DNA of 64,000 nucleotides from Pseudomonadota bacterium (GTDB lineage Bacteria; Pseudomonadota; Gammaproteobacteria; Burkholderiales; Burkholderiaceae_C): NCBI GenBank assembly GCA_041180165.1, contig JBEGSC010000003.1, positions 92,902 to 156,901 of the forward strand, read 5' to 3'. Shown piece by piece: positions 60,979 to 64,000 of this stretch (position 1 is its first letter; each line of letters starts with the position of its first letter). The notes under the pieces were generated by a model. It saw only the letters and a program-made list of their open reading frames with translations, ran no database searches and was not told where the DNA came from. The position numbers and the translations under genes were made by a program.

Positions 60979-62406
60979 ATGTCTAAACAATTCGACGTCG
61001 TCGTCATTGGTGGTGGCCCAGGCGGCTACATCGCAGCCATCCGCGCTGCACAACTCGGTTTCCAAGTCGCTTGCATCGACGAGTGGAAAAACGCAGCTGG
61101 TGGCCCCGCGCCCGGCGGCACCTGTACCAACGTAGGTTGCATTCCCTCAAAGGCTTTGTTGCAGTCTTCTGAGCACTTTGAGCATGCCAATCACCACTTT
61201 GCAGACCACGGCATCACAGCCAAGGATGTGAAGATGGATGTGGCCAAGATGATTGCCCGCAAGGACAACGTTGTGAAGCAAAACAACGACGGCATCTTGT
61301 ACCTGTTCAAGAAAAACAAGGTCACGTTCTTCCACGGTCGCGGCAGTTTTGCTGGCAAGGCTGAAGGTGGTTACACCATCAACGTGGCTGGCAAAACAGA
61401 AGAAGCCATCACGGCCAAGCAAGTCATCATCGCCACAGGCTCTAACGCCCGTGCGTTGCCCGGTACACCGTTTGACGAAGTCAACGTGTTGTCGAACGAC
61501 GGCGCATTGCGCGTGGGCGCTGTGCCTAAGAAGCTGGCTTTGATCGGCTCAGGTGTGATCGGTTTGGAAATGGGTTCTGTGTGGCGTCGTCTCGGCGCTG
61601 AGGTGACCATCCTCGAAGGTCTGCCAACATTCCTCGGCGCTGTGGACGAGCAAATCGCCAAGGAAGCCAAGAAAGCATTCGACAAGCAAGGCTTGAAGAT
61701 CGAGCTCGGCGTGAAAGTTGGCGAAATCGTCAACGGCAAAAAAGATGTCACCGTCAACTACACCAACGCCAAAGGCGAAGCAGTGAAGTTGGTGGCTGAT
61801 AAGCTCATTGTGTCGATCGGTCGCGTGCCCAACACGATTGGTTTGAACCCAGAAGCCATTGGCTTGCAGCTCGACGAGCGCGGCGCGATTGTGGTGGATG
61901 GCGACTGCAAAACCAACGTACCCGGCGTGTGGGCGGTGGGCGACGTGGTGCGTGGCCCTATGCTCGCGCACAAAGCCGAAGAAGAAGGCGTTGCTGTGGC
62001 CGAGCGCATCGCTGGCCAACACGGTCACGTCAACTTCAACACCATCCCTTGGGTCATCTACACCAGCCCCGAAATCGCTTGGGTGGGCCGCACTGAGCAG
62101 CAGCTCAAGGCCGATGGCGTGGCATATAAAGCCGGCACATTCCCATTCCTCGCGAACGGCCGCGCACGCGCTTTGGGCGACACCACTGGTATGGTGAAGT
62201 TTTTGGCCGACGCCACGACCGACGAAATCTTGGGCGTGCACATTGTGGGCCCCATGGCATCTGAGTTGATCTCTGAAGCCGTGGTGGCGATGGAGTTCAA
62301 AGCTTCGGCTGAAGACATCGCACGCATTTGCCACGCACATCCCTCGTTGAGCGAAGCGACCAAAGAAGCGGCTTTGGCCGTGGATAAGCGCACCTTGAAC
62401 TTCTAA
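60979..62406 (+). CDS. lpdA: Dihydrolipoamide dehydrogenase E3 (ODH-associated)
   Basis: [28 protein letters not shown]. Confidence 0.96.
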   Translation: MSKQFDVVVIGGGPGGYIAAIRAAQLGFQVACIDEWKNAAGGPAPGGTCTNVGCIPSKALLQSSEHFEHANHHFADHGITAKDVKMDVAKMIARKDNVVKQNNDGILYLFKKNKVTFFHGRGSFAGKAEGGYTINVAGKTEEAITAKQVIIATGSNARALPGTPFDEVNVLSNDGALRVGAVPKKLALIGSGVIGLEMGSVWRRLGAEVTILEGLPTFLGAVDEQIAKEAKKAFDKQGLKIELGVKVGEIVNGKKDVTVNYTNAKGEAVKLVADKLIVSIGRVPNTIGLNPEAIGLQLDERGAIVVDGDCKTNVPGVWAVGDVVRGPMLAHKAEEEGVAVAERIAGQHGHVNFNTIPWVIYTSPEIAWVGRTEQQLKADGVAYKAGTFPFLANGRARALGDTTGMVKFLADATTDEILGVHIVGPMASELISEAVVAMEFKASAEDIARICHAHPSLSEATKEAALAVDKRTLNF

Positions 62407-62427
62407 AAGTTTCAACGCCTTGCGCCT

Positions 62428-62457
62428 AAAAGCCCGCTCTCACCGGCGGGCTTTTTT
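62428..62457 (+). terminator. Intrinsic terminator
   Basis: AAAAGCCCGC-TCTCACCG-GCGGGCTTTTTT. Confidence 0.82.
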
Positions 62458-62482
62458 CATGGGCAAGGCACAATAGAGCCCT

Positions 62483-63592
62483 ATGTCAGAGCACAAACCT
62501 GTTTACCAAAATTACCTCAGAGAACTTGAGGCGCGAGGCTTCCAAAGTGACCCCGCCCAGCTGCGCGCCATCGAGGCGCTTGAGCGTTGCGCGGCCGACT
62601 GGGATGCGTATCGTGCGAAGCGTTCGAACGCATTGAAAAAGCTCGTCAATCGATCCGAGATTCCAAAAGGCGTTTACATGTTCGGTGGGGTGGGGCGCGG
62701 TAAGAGCTTTTTGATGGATTGCTTTTTTGAAGCGGTGTCCATCAAGCGCAAAACCCGTTTGCACTTTCACGAATTCATGCGTGAAGTTCATCGCGAGTTG
62801 CGTGACTTGCAAGGCACAGTGAATCCGCTGGATGTGCTGGGTAAAAACATTTCCAAACGCTACAAGCTCATTTGCTTTGACGAGTTTCATGTGGCCGATA
62901 TCACCGACGCCATGATCTTGCATCGTTTGTTGGTGTCTTTGTTTGACAACGGCGTGGGCTTTGTCACGACATCTAACTTCGAGCCCAATGGTTTGTATCC
63001 CAATGGCTTGCACCGTGACCGCATCTTGCCCGCGATTGATTTGCTCAACGAGCGCATGCAAGTGCTCAATGTGGACAACGGCACCGACTACCGTCGTCGC
63101 ACCTTAGAACAAGTGGATCTGTACTTGCAGCCTCTAGGTGAAGCTACCGATGCGAAGATGACAGAAGCGTTCAACCGTTTGGCGGAATGCCAAGACGAAG
63201 ACCCCATTTTGCACATCGAGGCACGCAAAATCAAAGCCCGTCGCCGCGCAGGTGGCGTGGTGTGGTTTGATTTCAAAGATCTGTGTGGCGGTCCTCGCTC
63301 GCAAAACGATTACTTAGAAATTGCGAGCCAGTTTCACACTGTGTTGCTGAGTGATGTGCCGCACATGCCAGTGAACCGTGCTTCAGAGGCACGTCGTTTC
63401 ACTTGGTTGGTGGACGTGTTGTATGACCGTCGTGTCAAGCTCATGATGTCTGCGGCAGTACCGCCCGAAGAGCTCTACACAGAAGGTCCGATGTCACATG
63501 AGTTTCCACGTACGGTGTCGCGTTTGAACGAGATGCAATCGGCGGAGTTTTTGGCGTTGGAGCGTCGCACCGTAGATACGGGATTGACATGA
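62483..63592 (+). CDS. zapE: AFG1/ZapE family ATPase
   Basis: GGVGRGKS, HFHEFM, CFDEF, TSN, DYR, ARRF..LVD.LYD, RT.SRL.EMQS. Confidence 0.93.
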   Translation: MSEHKPVYQNYLRELEARGFQSDPAQLRAIEALERCAADWDAYRAKRSNALKKLVNRSEIPKGVYMFGGVGRGKSFLMDCFFEAVSIKRKTRLHFHEFMREVHRELRDLQGTVNPLDVLGKNISKRYKLICFDEFHVADITDAMILHRLLVSLFDNGVGFVTTSNFEPNGLYPNGLHRDRILPAIDLLNERMQVLNVDNGTDYRRRTLEQVDLYLQPLGEATDAKMTEAFNRLAECQDEDPILHIEARKIKARRRAGGVVWFDFKDLCGGPRSQNDYLEIASQFHTVLLSDVPHMPVNRASEARRFTWLVDVLYDRRVKLMMSAAVPPEELYTEGPMSHEFPRTVSRLNEMQSAEFLALERRTVDTGLT

Positions 63593-64000
63593 GAAAAATC
63601 TTTTTTTTGTTGATGGTGCTGTGCTTCACTCGTTCAATGCATGCACAAACAGTGCAAGTAATAACGGATATGCAGACAGTGGAGGAGCGTCAAGCGGAAG
63701 GTCAGCGCTTAGCGCGTTTGCGCCAAAAGTTGGATGACGACTATCAGCAAGAGCTGAAAGCCTGTTATCAGTTGTTTGATGTGACTCGTTGTCGCATCGA
63801 GGCGCGTGAGCGTCGCATTCATGCGAATGCAGCCTTGCGAAAAGAAGAGCTTCGCTACAACGCATCTGAGCGACGCATACAAGCGGCAGAAGCGATCGAG
63901 CGCACCGAAGAAAAAAACAGCGATGCCAAATTGAAAGAGGCTGAAGCTCAGCGCGCTCAAGCTGTTCAAGCACGCATTGATCGCACGGATGCAAATGCTC
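63589..64000 (+). CDS. Exported coiled-coil hypothetical protein (3' truncated by window)
   Basis: MRKIFFLLMVLCFTRSMHAQ...KACYQLFDVTRCRIEARER...; ATGA overlap with zapE, frame open to window end. Confidence 0.75.
   Translation, partial: MRKIFFLLMVLCFTRSMHAQTVQVITDMQTVEERQAEGQRLARLRQKLDDDYQQELKACYQLFDVTRCRIEARERRIHANAALRKEELRYNASERRIQAAEAIERTEEKNSDAKLKEAEAQRAQAVQARIDRTDANA

Overview
Mostly core chromosome of a betaproteobacterium. Gene order and protein sequences suggest Comamonadaceae, possibly Limnohabitans-like (inference). Core genes: coaBC-dut, slyD, roxA-like cupin, bamC-dapA, parE-parC, phasin, pyrD, rpiA, prlC, folD, a PAS kinase/FixJ-type pair divergent from aceE-aceF-lpdA, dusC, prpE, and sucA (with the sucA RNA motif)-sucB-lpdA-zapE. 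Two regions stand out. (1) About 35.05-41.2 kb is an accessory, decaying defence-type patch. It holds an AT-rich lipoprotein, a Fic protein, a truncated type I hsdR fused by deletion to a large remnant ORF, and a DUF4143 AAA+ ATPase flanked by a diverged duplicate of the 3' end of a TauD-like orphan gene. The Fic and AAA+ genes each have operator-like repeats upstream. (2) 42.0-47.7 kb is a tightly packed 8-gene minus-strand operon. A GNAT gene precedes a short J-domain protein with a PX7W tail and three hypothetical genes (an AtcJ-AtcA-AtcB-AtcC-like co-chaperone module), followed by a DTW tRNA-modifying enzyme, RbgA and a 3'-5' exonuclease. I recognised no rRNA, tRNA, CRISPR array, integrase or transposase. 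All family assignments come from motif recognition, not database searches.
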